NCBI GenBank assembly: GCA_964453655.1
Contig: CAYVSP010000001.1
Coordinates: 645-64,644 of the forward strand
From: an uncultured Candidatus Saccharibacteria bacterium
GTDB taxonomy: Bacteria > Patescibacteriota > Saccharimonadia > Saccharimonadales > CAYVSP01
Direction: 5' to 3'
Length of the DNA stretch: 64,000 nt
Shown here: one piece after another, positions 37,736-50,351 of the stretch
How the letters are laid out: every line of letters starts with the position of its first letter
How positions within the stretch are numbered: the first letter of the stretch is position 1
Notes under the pieces: generated by a model
Told to the model about the DNA's origin: nothing
The model's input: the letters and a program-made list of their open reading frames with translations, nothing else
The model's database searches: none
Position numbers and translations under genes: made by a program

Positions 37736-38659
37736 TTACTGAATTTGTTGGAGACGGTTTTGTAGTTCAGTTATAGGAATCGTGCTTGAAGGTATATCCA
37801 CAATCTTTTGAAGACCATAGCCTGAATAGGTTTCCTGCCTATTTGCGCCATGATAATTGATGCTTAATAATTGCCTGGACAACACGTCTACCTTAAATTC
37901 AAGTTGCTGCGCAGGCCTCTGCGCATAAGCCGCCGGCTCAACATTATCTAGTTGTTTTAGGCCTAAGTCATGGCCAAATTCCTTTAACATCGCTATGTAA
38001 GCGGCCGGTTTTACATTGACAGTGTAGGTATATACCGGCCGGCCGTGTTCTAGCTTGTAAACCGCTTTAGCGTAATCTGTGTTGTACACATCCTTATCCC
38101 TTATTGTATTCAATAAATGTTTTCGCGTTTCACTGTTAAGTTTGGCAAAGGGCACGATACCTACAACACTCTCATTGAATAATTGTGCGGCCGACTGTCC
38201 ACCGAGTGAAGACGATTCACCTTTTGCCCAAACGTTCAGCACATTTGAAAAGTTTATTGGTTTGCCGTTGGCGCTCATTTGAGGAGTAGTAATCTCGCGG
38301 TAACGTAAGTAGTCAGCCTCTAGCGTGCCAATGCTTTCAGTCACCACTTTGTCATTACTGCTTTGCCCTGGCTGAGTTAGTGTAGTTAGCGTATGAGCAG
38401 TGTTTTGAGTACCTAAGCTAAGCGTTGTGGTTTGATCAAGCGTTCCCTCTTCACTCGCCTGTGCAACATGTCGAGTAACACTACCTGTCTCTAGATTAAG
38501 ACTAAGCATATCCTGAAAAGTGCGCTGAGGATCGCTGTAGATACGGCGCCAATAAACTCCGGCACAGGCAATCCCTATGACAACTATAAGTAGAGCAAGT
38601 ATTAGCAACCGCCCTTTTGACCAAAACGGTCGTTTTTTGAGTGTGCGCTGTTTAACCAT
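37736..38659 (-). CDS. Membrane-anchored hypothetical protein
   Basis: Single N-terminal TM helix plus beta-rich extracellular domain. Confidence 0.7.
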   Translation of the reverse strand: MVKQRTLKKRPFWSKGRLLILALLIVVIGIACAGVYWRRIYSDPQRTFQDMLSLNLETGSVTRHVAQASEEGTLDQTTTLSLGTQNTAHTLTTLTQPGQSSNDKVVTESIGTLEADYLRYREITTPQMSANGKPINFSNVLNVWAKGESSSLGGQSAAQLFNESVVGIVPFAKLNSETRKHLLNTIRDKDVYNTDYAKAVYKLEHGRPVYTYTVNVKPAAYIAMLKEFGHDLGLKQLDNVEPAAYAQRPAQQLEFKVDVLSRQLLSINYHGANRQETYSGYGLQKIVDIPSSTIPITELQNRLQQIQ

Positions 38660-38679
38660 GCAAGTATTGTATCAGTATG

Positions 38680-38756
<77 letters not shown>

Positions 38757-38951
38757 TTAGAACGCATGCGATTATAACAGATAAACGAATGGAGCTAAAC
38801 CATCTGCCGCGTATTGAAAGCAGTGGGGCAAGCTCAGGGATACGCACGTAATAGGGCTACCTAAATAGCTCTGTGGACAACTCCTTGCAATACGAACCAA
38901 ACCAGAGGACAATTGTTAACAATGTAAACCGTAAGCGGAAAACAAAAAATC

Positions 38952-39557
38952 ATGGCAGGCAAAAAGAAACAAAGTCGACTAGGGAGGTTAGGACGTGCGC
39001 TAAGACCAAATTCGAGACTAAAACAGTTAGTGCTCTTTGTAGCCGTGTTTGGCTTAGTGGGTGGAGGAGTCTATCTATATAAGAGCTACGCGTACGATGT
39101 CAATGCTTGCAGTCACCAATGGTTTGGTTATGGTACGACTGGGCCGTGCGTTAGGGAGGTTCAATATTTAGCTAACTATCTAGCGGGGCATCAGCCGCAG
39201 AACGGCTTCCCTTATAGCTATAAGTGGTTGACACCAGATGGACAGTATGGCTCCAAAACTCAAGATCGTATCTATGAAATGAAGAGTCAGTATCTATTTA
39301 CCCATCCAACGTCAGGAATGCCTGTAAACGGAAATGTAGACTTCGATGCTTGGAAATTACTTTGTGGTTACAGTCGTTGGGCTGGAATACATGTACTAAT
39401 AAAACAAGGCTCAACCATAATCATGGATTCCTATGATGCAAATGCCTATTGGTCGTGGGTCGCAGCTGAATGTGAGGATTTCTGGTGGTTCAATGGCCAG
39501 CTATCTACTCCGAACCAAGTAAAGCTGAAGCAAAACATACCGCCTAAACCTTTCTAG
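38952..39557 (+). CDS. Membrane-anchored protein with peptidoglycan-binding-like domain
   Basis: G..GPCVREVQ..., DGQYG..T, NG.VD...W pattern. Confidence 0.65.
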   Translation: MAGKKKQSRLGRLGRALRPNSRLKQLVLFVAVFGLVGGGVYLYKSYAYDVNACSHQWFGYGTTGPCVREVQYLANYLAGHQPQNGFPYSYKWLTPDGQYGSKTQDRIYEMKSQYLFTHPTSGMPVNGNVDFDAWKLLCGYSRWAGIHVLIKQGSTIIMDSYDANAYWSWVAAECEDFWWFNGQLSTPNQVKLKQNIPPKPF

Positions 39558-39733
39558 ATACAGCATCATAGCAATATACCAGAAACGTTAGTTTGAATCC
39601 TGTCAAGAGAACTGATCGGACTTCAAACCACATAAACAGGGGTGAGCTAACAACAAGTTGAGTCGATAGGCACAAAAATACCCGCCACTAGTGACGGGTT
39701 TACCTCTGTTATTATCGAACGTATGTACGATCG

Positions 39734-39809
39734 TGGTGGAGTGTACCGGACTTGAACCGGTCACCTCGGCAATGCGAATGCCGCGCTCTACCAGATGAGC
39801 TAACACCCC
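39734..39809 (-). tRNA. tRNA-Ala(CGC)
   Basis: GGGGTGT..ACACTCC-ACCA, loop TT-CGC-AT; TGnTATAAT upstream. Confidence 0.96.
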
Positions 39810-39850
39810 ATTTTATCCTAGTTATTATAGCAAAACCACCCCTTAGAGAA

Positions 39851-39961
39851 CCGTTTGGCGAGAGGATTCGCCAAACGGAAAGGAGCAACAACGCAAGACC
39901 CCGCCAAATTTGTGCCACTTGGTTGCGCAAATTTTAGGCGGGGTTGAAGTTTCTTGCGACG
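39851..39961. repeat. Structured repeat, copy B
   Basis: ccgtttggcga-gaggat-tcgccaaacgg, long hairpin, GACG end. Confidence 0.9.
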
Positions 39962-40037
39962 TGCGCGCCCACCAAGCGGCGGTGCCACCCATTTTGTTTT
40001 CGTGTTTTTGTTTTCACGCGCCGCATGCGCACGAGAT
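39960..40037 (-). ncRNA. Putative ~75-nt structured RNA with T-box-like motif
   Basis: Nested stems CGUGCGC/GCGCACG, GCGGCG/CGCCGC, CGUG/CACG; TTGACA-16-TATGCT upstream. Confidence 0.45.
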
Positions 40038-40078
40038 ACTATTAAGCATAAATGTTTTCAACGTTTTGTCAATCTATG

Positions 40079-40630
40079 CTAGGAACCATGCTGCCATGCC
40101 ACTTCGCCAATCTGATGAAGCATTAAATCCATGGCTGAGTGATCGCGAATCTTAATATGTGTATCGGCTCCAGACTCTATTCGTGCAATATGGAAACCTT
40201 CAACGGGTGTTTCTAGTAATCCAGTAATATCGGGTGGCAGCGTGTCATGTCTCGATATTAAATCTGGAGCGGGTAAAACATAATGCAATTGATTGACTCC
40301 GACATATTGATCGGGCGGAATTGGTGCTTTAGATGAAATTATCTCAACCTGGCATATACCATGGACTAAGGGTTTTGCTAGCTCAACAACCGCAAACCAG
40401 CGTCCGTCTGATTTAACCTCGGCACTAGCTTTAACTTCGTGCTCTTCTCTGGCAGTCCTGAGGGTAACCTCAAAGTCGTTTGCATCCACAGTGTAGCCAA
40501 CTGTAGCAAGGCGACCTTGCGGAAGACCATATCCATCTCCAAGTTCAAGCAATTGATCAATAGTTGCAAAATCGTAACCATAAAAAAGACCGCAAGGTAC
40601 CTCTTCCTCCATAAGTATAAAATCAATCAT
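40079..40630 (-). CDS. VOC/YecM-like protein
   Basis: DGRWFAVVELAKPL..QVEI pattern. Confidence 0.5.
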   Translation of the reverse strand: MIDFILMEEEVPCGLFYGYDFATIDQLLELGDGYGLPQGRLATVGYTVDANDFEVTLRTAREEHEVKASAEVKSDGRWFAVVELAKPLVHGICQVEIISSKAPIPPDQYVGVNQLHYVLPAPDLISRHDTLPPDITGLLETPVEGFHIARIESGADTHIKIRDHSAMDLMLHQIGEVAWQHGS

Positions 40631-40666
40631 AGAAAATTATTCTACCACAATTGTCTATATCTGTCA

Positions 40667-43627
<2,961 letters not shown>

Positions 43628-43635
<8 letters not shown>

Positions 43636-44506
43636 GTTGTTCCATTTGTTGTAATCGGGCAATGCGATCTTTGATTGGCGGGTGGGTACTGAATAAATTC
43701 GCCAGGCTGTGCCCCCCCTTAAGCGGATTGGCGAAAAACAGGTGTGCTGTCGAAGCGTTCTGTCGCTTCATCGTGCTACCAACGCGCTCAATTTTAGCTA
43801 AGGCGCTTTCCAGACCTTCTGGATAACGAGTAGTCAGAGCACCGGTAGCATCTGCCAGGTATTCGCGTTGTCTGGAAACAGCCAACTGAATAAATGTAGC
43901 GACAATTGGCGCAATTATGGCGGCAGCTATGCCTAAAAAGAAAAAAAGCTGGTTATTATCATTGTCGTCGTTATTTCGAAACCAGGTCATTCTGAGCATG
44001 ATATCGGCAAACAGACTGACGATTGCTACCAATGCAAAAGCTATCATGGCAACTCTGATGTCATAATTCTTAACATGTCCCATCTCGTGCGCTATAACAC
44101 CCTCTAGCTCCTTATCGTCCATGATTTCAAGCAACCCGCTAGTGACAGCCACGGACGAGTGTCGAGGGTCGCGGCCGGTCGCAAACGCGTTAGGCGCCGG
44201 ATCATTCATGATGTAAACCTCAGGCGTAGGCAGGCCGTCAGTAATGGCTAGATTCTCCACAATTCGGTATAAGCGAGGGTTATCACGCTTAGCAATCGGA
44301 TGGGCTTGGTTTACCGCTAAAGCCAGCTTGCTGCCGGTAAAATAGCTAATAAGTACATACACTAGAGCCCCTACTATTATGAAGGGAGTTATGGATGTAT
44401 TGCCACTATAGCCAGCAAAAATCCAACCAACTAAGCCGACAAAGACAACAAATAGCAACATGATTAGTGCGGTCTTGCGTTTATTGCTTGCAATGGCGCT
44501 ATACAA
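43628..44506 (-). CDS. htpX: Zinc metalloprotease HtpX (M48)
   Basis: PNAFATG, HEMGH, SRQREYLAD, STHPP. Confidence 0.93.
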
Positions 44507-44545
44507 AGAACTACTCCAGTCTGCTCTTATGTACTGGCATCACTC

Positions 44546-45106
44546 TTAAAATTTTACATCTGTTGGTTGTGCAATGGCAGCTTGTTCATTCTCGCCGACT
44601 TCAAAAAACTCGCGCGTTTTGAAGCCAAGCATTCCGGCAAAGATACTAGTCGGGAAAACTTTGATTTTGGTATTAAGATCACGGGCTGAACCATTATAGA
44701 ACCGTCTGGAAGCCTGGATTTTGTCCTCTGTATCAACTAATTCAGCCTGCAGTTCTTTAAAATTATCGCTAGCTTTTAGGTCAGGGTAAGCCTCGGCAAC
44801 CGCAAATAGACTTTTTAAGGCCGCTTGGAACTGGTTCTCTGCCTTGCCGGCATCAGCTGGACCTTGCGCACTAAGCGTCTTGGCGCGTGCTGCAGTTACA
44901 TCTTCAAAAACTTGTTTTTCATGCGCCGCATACCCTTTAACAGTATTAACGAGATTTGGGATAAGGTCGGCCCGTCTCTTCAGCTGGACCGTAATATCGC
45001 TCCAGGCTTCATCAACCCGTACGTTGGTACGCACTAAACCGTTATACATGACAACACCAGCCACTAGAAGCAGACCTAAAATGACCAACACTATTACAAT
45101 CGGCAT
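44546..45106 (-). CDS. lemA: LemA family protein
   Basis: QLKRR.DLIPNLV, EAYPDLKA, RRFYN. Confidence 0.95.
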   Translation of the reverse strand: MPIVIVLVILGLLLVAGVVMYNGLVRTNVRVDEAWSDITVQLKRRADLIPNLVNTVKGYAAHEKQVFEDVTAARAKTLSAQGPADAGKAENQFQAALKSLFAVAEAYPDLKASDNFKELQAELVDTEDKIQASRRFYNGSARDLNTKIKVFPTSIFAGMLGFKTREFFEVGENEQAAIAQPTDVKF

Positions 45107-45166
45107 CTGATTACCCCCTAAATTACCCTTTAATTATATCACTGAAGCGTACAAAAAGCTGACAAA

Positions 45167-45277
45167 CCACAAGTTGAGAGGATTCAACTTGTGGAAAGGA
45201 AGAACAACACAAAGCCCCGTTAAATTTGCACTACTAGTTCGTGCAAATTTCAAACGGGGCCGCTGTTAGTTCTGACG
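45167..45277. repeat. CCA-abutting structured repeat, copy C
   Basis: ccacaagttga-gaggat-tcaacttgtgg, long hairpin, GACG directly adjacent to tRNA-Leu CCA. Confidence 0.92.
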
Positions 45278-45365
45278 TGGTGGGCGAGGTGGGACTTGAA
45301 CCCACAAGGCTTATTCAGCCAACGGATTTTAAGTCCGTCGCGTATACCAATTCCGCCACTCGCCC
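45278..45365 (-). tRNA. tRNA-Leu(UAA)
   Basis: GGGCGAG..CTCGCCC-ACCA, loop CT-TAA-AA, long variable arm. Confidence 0.97.
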
Positions 45366-45366
45366 T

Positions 45367-45440
45367 TGGAGGCGCGTACGGGTAATGCTCCCGTCTACTG
45401 GGTTTTGCAGACCCATGCCTAACTTCTCGGCCAACGCGCC
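45367..45440 (-). tRNA. tRNA-Cys(GCA) with atypical D/T loops
   Basis: GGCGCGT..ACGCGCC-TCCA, loop CT-GCA-AA, U73; T-loop AGCATTA. Confidence 0.9.
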
Positions 45441-45525
45441 TTGATTTGAAAAGACGGAATAATTATAGCTTACGCTAGTTGGCGAAGGAAAAGTTAATTG
45501 TAGCGTTGGCCTTTAATTAACTTTT

Positions 45526-46143
45526 CTATTTTCGTGTTTTGCGGAAGGTTGATAGATCGTAAAAGTTGAACGAAGTAGCTTTAGGTTTAGTAGTGTTAAG
45601 TGCAATTTTAACTTCGGCTACTTTGATTTGGTTAGCATTTTGGAGATTATTGGACTTATGTCCGGTGTCGTCAGAAATATGAAGGGTTGTTTGCTTGTTA
45701 TCCTTAGCCTTCTGCAGAAACGCCGTGTCTGTAATTGTCGCAACAACCTGGTCCTCGTCTTGAGAGCCTGGATTAAAGTGCCCGAATAGGAAGTTTCCTT
45801 TATCGTCTGTTATGAACAAACCTTCGGCTTTATGAGGAACAGGTTTACCATCACTTGGGCTTAGCCCATTTCCTGGATTCATCTTTATAGTTATTTGTAT
45901 AGAATTAAGCTTCGATGTATTGATAGTTTTAACATCAACAACTGCATCGTTTCCAGTTGAACGACTAACGCAACCCCAGCGCGCGAGACAGGTAGCCGTT
46001 TCGGTACCAGGCCTTAGCTTGGCTTGAATATTAGATTTAGCTTCCGCCGTAGGTACAGCTAATATAAATCCGGCAACAACAAGTATCGCTGTTGCAGCTA
46101 TCAACTGTTTTATTCTAAAAGCTAACTTGCCCATGTAATACAT
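45526..46143 (-). CDS. Secreted hypothetical protein
   Basis: Signal peptide ending AEA. Confidence 0.6.
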   Translation of the reverse strand: MYYMGKLAFRIKQLIAATAILVVAGFILAVPTAEAKSNIQAKLRPGTETATCLARWGCVSRSTGNDAVVDVKTINTSKLNSIQITIKMNPGNGLSPSDGKPVPHKAEGLFITDDKGNFLFGHFNPGSQDEDQVVATITDTAFLQKAKDNKQTTLHISDDTGHKSNNLQNANQIKVAEVKIALNTTKPKATSFNFYDLSTFRKTRK

Positions 46144-46218
46144 ACCTAAACTTATATATCATATCAACAATACTACTTTTATTGAATTTTGTCAAACATT
46201 TTGTCAGCTACAATGACC

Positions 46219-46677
46219 TCAGAAAAGTAAAGCCTCATTCAATGTCGTGACTTCAACTTCAGTAAGACCAAGCCCAGCAAACGGCCGGCCCGGTCTGGAG
46301 TACACAATCTCTACAGTCTGTTTCAGTCGTAGTTTACTGTCTTCGGTGCCATCATGCCTAAGCGCAAGAGCTCGTTTGCACAGAGACGTTATTGCCTCGT
46401 GTTCGGAATCTACTGCCCCCACCCGTGCTTCCATCGCCAGCAACATGGCGTCTAGTCTAGCTTCTTCATTGCTCTTTCGTTCAATGAGATCTGTCACAAA
46501 ATCTTGTGACCCAGAAAACACGCCAATAAATTCACGGCCGCTGTTGTAAGCTTCAGCGTATAGCTGTGTTGCTCTACTACCGATAGCTTGGGCCACTCTT
46601 ATCACTGGCTGAATTGGCCCCAGGATAGATTCTCTTGATAACTCGCCTGCTTTAGAACTCCTCGTTATTAACGACAA
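46219..46677 (-). CDS. Hypothetical protein
   Basis: 152-aa ORF with TTG start. Confidence 0.45.
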   Translation of the reverse strand: MSLITRSSKAGELSRESILGPIQPVIRVAQAIGSRATQLYAEAYNSGREFIGVFSGSQDFVTDLIERKSNEEARLDAMLLAMEARVGAVDSEHEAITSLCKRALALRHDGTEDSKLRLKQTVEIVYSRPGRPFAGLGLTEVEVTTLNEALLF

Positions 46678-46796
46678 AAACCATTATAGAAGCGGTTCGG
46701 GGATTAAAATGCCGGAATTTTCATAGTTCTTCTCATTTTGCAATATAACAATAAACTTGCAATTAGAGTAATATTAAGGTTAAGTAGATTGTAATT

Positions 46797-48551
46797 ATGG
46801 CGGACCTTCATGTAGTACGAGACCCCTCGGGTGAATCTATGCTTGACCTTGAAAGTTGGGTCATGCATCCAGCACAGGCCGCTTACGAACTTGATCAACG
46901 ACTTAGTGATTTCATGAGCGAAGGTGGATTACGAGATCAAGCCGCTGATAGCCCTGAACGTGTTGCGGCTATTGATTCTATTCTAGACCTCTTTGATGCT
47001 TCCTTAGGAGATCGGATGGCGGACTTCTCAGTGTACGCTGGTGAAGTAGCAAGTTTTATTGATAACCATCCCGAGTTTTGCCAAATAGCTGGTCTGCAAA
47101 ACCACAGCAATGCCCCGGGCGATGAGGAAAGTTCTTCTGCTCATGTAAGAAAGCCCCCAGTAGCCGGTCGTCGAAACCTTGAACCACCGAAACCACAAGA
47201 TGTTGTCCCTCTCGAAGATGATAACGAAGTATACGCATATGTTGTCCATAGTGATATCCTAACGGCGATAGACGCCTTAAATAAGATGCGTCGGCGTGCA
47301 ATCGATGACCGCCTTATAACTGGGCAAGAAGCTGAAGTAGGCGAACGAATGCGGCTAATGACTGAAGCTCTCGTTAAATTAGGTGAGGGTACTTTTGAAG
47401 AATGTAATGAAGTAGTAGTAAGTAGATATAGCTCCCTTATAAAGCCTGGGCGGGAAAATAATCCAATACCGGTAGTTGCAGAAGAATATGTGCCACCCGT
47501 CGCGGTGGCTGTAACCGTTCCGCGTATACCAGAAAAGGGGCTATCTCCTTCGCACACACCACTCATAAGAGATCGCCCTCTGTTGCGTCCAGCTGAACAA
47601 GTTGAACCATTTACAACCGAACCGAAGCCCGCCCCAGTTGCAGCAGGAATGGGCCAAGAAGTCCTCGGAAAAGCTGGTAATCTAAATAAGGCAGATGGTC
47701 AGCCTGAATCAGTGCTACCACCAAAGTCTACCAAAAAGCGACGCCGTTTGGCTGTTGCCTTTGCCGCAGTAAAGGCCACTTTTACTCCTCGTAAACCAGC
47801 CCACGCCATCAATAGGCAAAAGCTTAACCCTTACCAGCCGATTGAGCACCATGCCAAGCCGCTTCATGCCAAAAAGCCCATCAGATCAGCAATTAAGGTA
47901 TACGCAACCAAGCTAAGCAACTTGGTTCATTCTGATAAAGACAATAACAAGCAACCTCGTGGTCTGCGAGCAAGAATCGAGTCTCACATACCACAGGGGT
48001 TACAAAATAAAATTAGCTCATTTAAAAAACGTCGAGAGCAATATGTGTATGAAGTTAAGTATGGCGACCGAAGAAGCATAGGAAAAACAGTGGGAGGTGT
48101 AGCACTCTTAAGTCTCGCACTTTATGCTGGCATAAGATCTAATAATAACGGAGAAGAACAAGCATCGCGAACCCCTCGCCCAACCGCTGCTTCACCTGCA
48201 CCGGAGACTCTTTCAACCATACCACTACCAACTGCCACAACAATTCCTGAGGCCACCGCTCCAAGTGACGATGCTGCAACAAAAACACCAGGCAACCCAT
48301 CCGCTCAGGAAACACCCGCACCTGCCATTGAGTATCATATCGTTAAACTTACGCCAGGTCTTACTCCAGAAGAAGCTGCCGTAAGACAAATGGCACGAAT
48401 AGGTTTTCCAAAAGGTAAAGACGGCAAGTTTCGATTGAAAGATGTTAGAAATTTTACCGACAGGGCACTAATGATAAGCGGCGTTACGCGAGCCGATGCC
48501 TACAACCTGCCAATAGACTTTGAGCTAAAAGTACCCAACACGCGGAGATAG
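46797..48551 (+). CDS. Single-pass membrane protein with Pro/Thr linker and possible LysM-like C-terminus
   Basis: Late TM helix, PT-rich spacer, YHIV..PG.T..NLP....LKVP. Confidence 0.65.
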   Translation: MADLHVVRDPSGESMLDLESWVMHPAQAAYELDQRLSDFMSEGGLRDQAADSPERVAAIDSILDLFDASLGDRMADFSVYAGEVASFIDNHPEFCQIAGLQNHSNAPGDEESSSAHVRKPPVAGRRNLEPPKPQDVVPLEDDNEVYAYVVHSDILTAIDALNKMRRRAIDDRLITGQEAEVGERMRLMTEALVKLGEGTFEECNEVVVSRYSSLIKPGRENNPIPVVAEEYVPPVAVAVTVPRIPEKGLSPSHTPLIRDRPLLRPAEQVEPFTTEPKPAPVAAGMGQEVLGKAGNLNKADGQPESVLPPKSTKKRRRLAVAFAAVKATFTPRKPAHAINRQKLNPYQPIEHHAKPLHAKKPIRSAIKVYATKLSNLVHSDKDNNKQPRGLRARIESHIPQGLQNKISSFKKRREQYVYEVKYGDRRSIGKTVGGVALLSLALYAGIRSNNNGEEQASRTPRPTAASPAPETLSTIPLPTATTIPEATAPSDDAATKTPGNPSAQETPAPAIEYHIVKLTPGLTPEEAAVRQMARIGFPKGKDGKFRLKDVRNFTDRALMISGVTRADAYNLPIDFELKVPNTRR

Positions 48552-48614
48552 CTTATCTAAGCTCCTCCCTTTAATTCTTTGTCTTAATAAAATTAAACTC
48601 TAAAAATGGTTAGC

Positions 48615-49226
48615 TTATACAAAAGAGCCGGTTTTAACTTTACCAGCTCTTTTATAGTTGGCGAAGATAACACCACTTGGCGTAACATTAGAATACGTCA
48701 TTTCCCAAGTGTGAGGGACGGCATTGTCATCAAATAGGCGCTTGCCCTTACCCAATACAACAGGGAACGTCTTTAGCCATAGTTCATCTACCAGATCGTT
48801 TTGCAGCAACGTTTGGGCAAGCTTACTGCTTCCATGCACCTGCAATATCGGGCCGGTCTGCGCTTTCAGTTCCTTTAGCTTGGTAGCTACATCCCCGTTA
48901 ATAAGCTCGCTATTATCCCAAATAAGTTTCGGCGAGCCATGTGACACCACATACTTCTTGGCCTTGTTGAAGGGGCCGGCAACCGGATTAGCTTTTGGGT
49001 CCTGCTGCGGCCAATACGGAGCAAAGATGTCATAGGTCTTGCGCCCCAGCAGGAGGTCAAAAGACCCGCTTATCTGCTTGCCCATTTCCTGCCCTGCGGC
49101 TTCGTCAAAATAGGGGAAGGTCCAGCCGCCATACTTAAAGCCCTCGGCTCTATCCTCATCTGAGCCACCTGGTGCTTGCATAACTCCGTCAAGTGAAACA
49201 AAAGTTAAAACAACTATCTTTCTCAT
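48615..49226 (-). CDS. Dihydrofolate reductase/RibD C-terminal family protein
   Basis: SLDGVMQAPG, LLGRKTY, GS..L...DLVDE, G.GKRLF. Confidence 0.9.
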   Translation of the reverse strand: MRKIVVLTFVSLDGVMQAPGGSDEDRAEGFKYGGWTFPYFDEAAGQEMGKQISGSFDLLLGRKTYDIFAPYWPQQDPKANPVAGPFNKAKKYVVSHGSPKLIWDNSELINGDVATKLKELKAQTGPILQVHGSSKLAQTLLQNDLVDELWLKTFPVVLGKGKRLFDDNAVPHTWEMTYSNVTPSGVIFANYKRAGKVKTGSFV

Positions 49227-49453
49227 TCTTTGCTTTCCTCCCGCTCAAGAGCTTTTTCGGCTGCCTGATCGGCTACCCGGTCGGCGGCGGTTTGATTTTT
49301 GTCTTTAATTAGATAGACGGCTATTAAAGTAATCCAGAATAACGGTAGACTGATCAAGAAGAATAAAATAAAACTATAGCCTTTGCGATGCGCCACCATG
49401 GCTGGCCAAAAAGCCAGAATTATCCAAAGAATTAGTCCTAATAAATACCACAT
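49223..49453 (-). CDS. Small membrane protein
   Basis: WPA.VA.RKGYSF, two helices; ATGA overlap with next gene. Confidence 0.7.
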   Translation of the reverse strand: MWYLLGLILWIILAFWPAMVAHRKGYSFILFFLISLPLFWITLIAVYLIKDKNQTAADRVADQAAEKALEREESKE

Positions 49454-49587
49454 ACTTCCCCCTTACTTTTCTAATGCAATTGTACACTAAAACTCGTTAT
49501 GCTAAGAGTTACGAGCCATATTGACCGACAAATGCTTTATACCGCGCAATGTTTTCAAGCGTGTGTGGAAGGATGCTATCACTATCA

Positions 49588-50151
49588 TTACAAGACTTTG
49601 GTAACCTTATCTCTGAGGCTCTCAAACTCTGTATATCCTGCCCGTTGATTAAAGTGTCCTGCATTTGGAACAAAGCTTAGTTTTACTCCAAGCTGTTTAG
49701 CAAGTTCTTCTCCGTTACCCAAACTAACATACGGATCATCATCAGATTGAAACACAACAAAGTGTGCAGCGTTTTTCTTGATTGTTTCCCAGTCAAAGTC
49801 AAAGCCGCTAAAAGCAACATCACGATCATAGTTTAAAATTGGCCTGACCCCAACGGGCGCACCAACAAAGAACGTAGCCTTTATTGGTTGTTTAAGCTTT
49901 TCTAATACTCTAAGTGTAAATACCCCGCCCAAACTATGCCCGATGATAATAGTATCTCCATCCAAGCTATCCATGTACTGATGGAAAACCTCAAACCACT
50001 CTGAAACTTTTGCCGCTAATACAGGAGGGGATGGAAATTGCGGGACAGTAACTACGCAACCCTTTGCTTCTAATTCCTTTTTCATCCAAGGGAACCAGTT
50101 CTCTTGCGGATGACCTTCGGTTCCGTGGAAGATAAACACCTTAGCTTTCAT
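49588..50151 (-). CDS. YdeN/RBBP9-like alpha/beta hydrolase
   Basis: FHG, NWFPW, GHSLG, SDDDPYV, AGHFN. Confidence 0.9.
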   Translation of the reverse strand: MKAKVFIFHGTEGHPQENWFPWMKKELEAKGCVVTVPQFPSPPVLAAKVSEWFEVFHQYMDSLDGDTIIIGHSLGGVFTLRVLEKLKQPIKATFFVGAPVGVRPILNYDRDVAFSGFDFDWETIKKNAAHFVVFQSDDDPYVSLGNGEELAKQLGVKLSFVPNAGHFNQRAGYTEFESLRDKVTKVL

Positions 50152-50351
50152 AAATACATAATAACAAAAACACCGCTTTGGGTGTAAACGACACATTTGG
50201 TATAACAGATATGGTGCACTACGTGGGTAAAAACTTACACCTTATTAGGGATGAGATTACTCGTTGGAGGAGTATTTTAGAAGTGCCATAGCAGGAATGG
50301 TTGCTACTTAAGTAAGAGACGGGAGTTACACTACGGCGTCCAACCTAATAA

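Noticed and set aside
39670-39733. Possible recombinase C-terminal remnant reading into tRNA-Ala(CGC)
   Set aside because: Too short to support; no upstream recombinase ORF or duplicated att site
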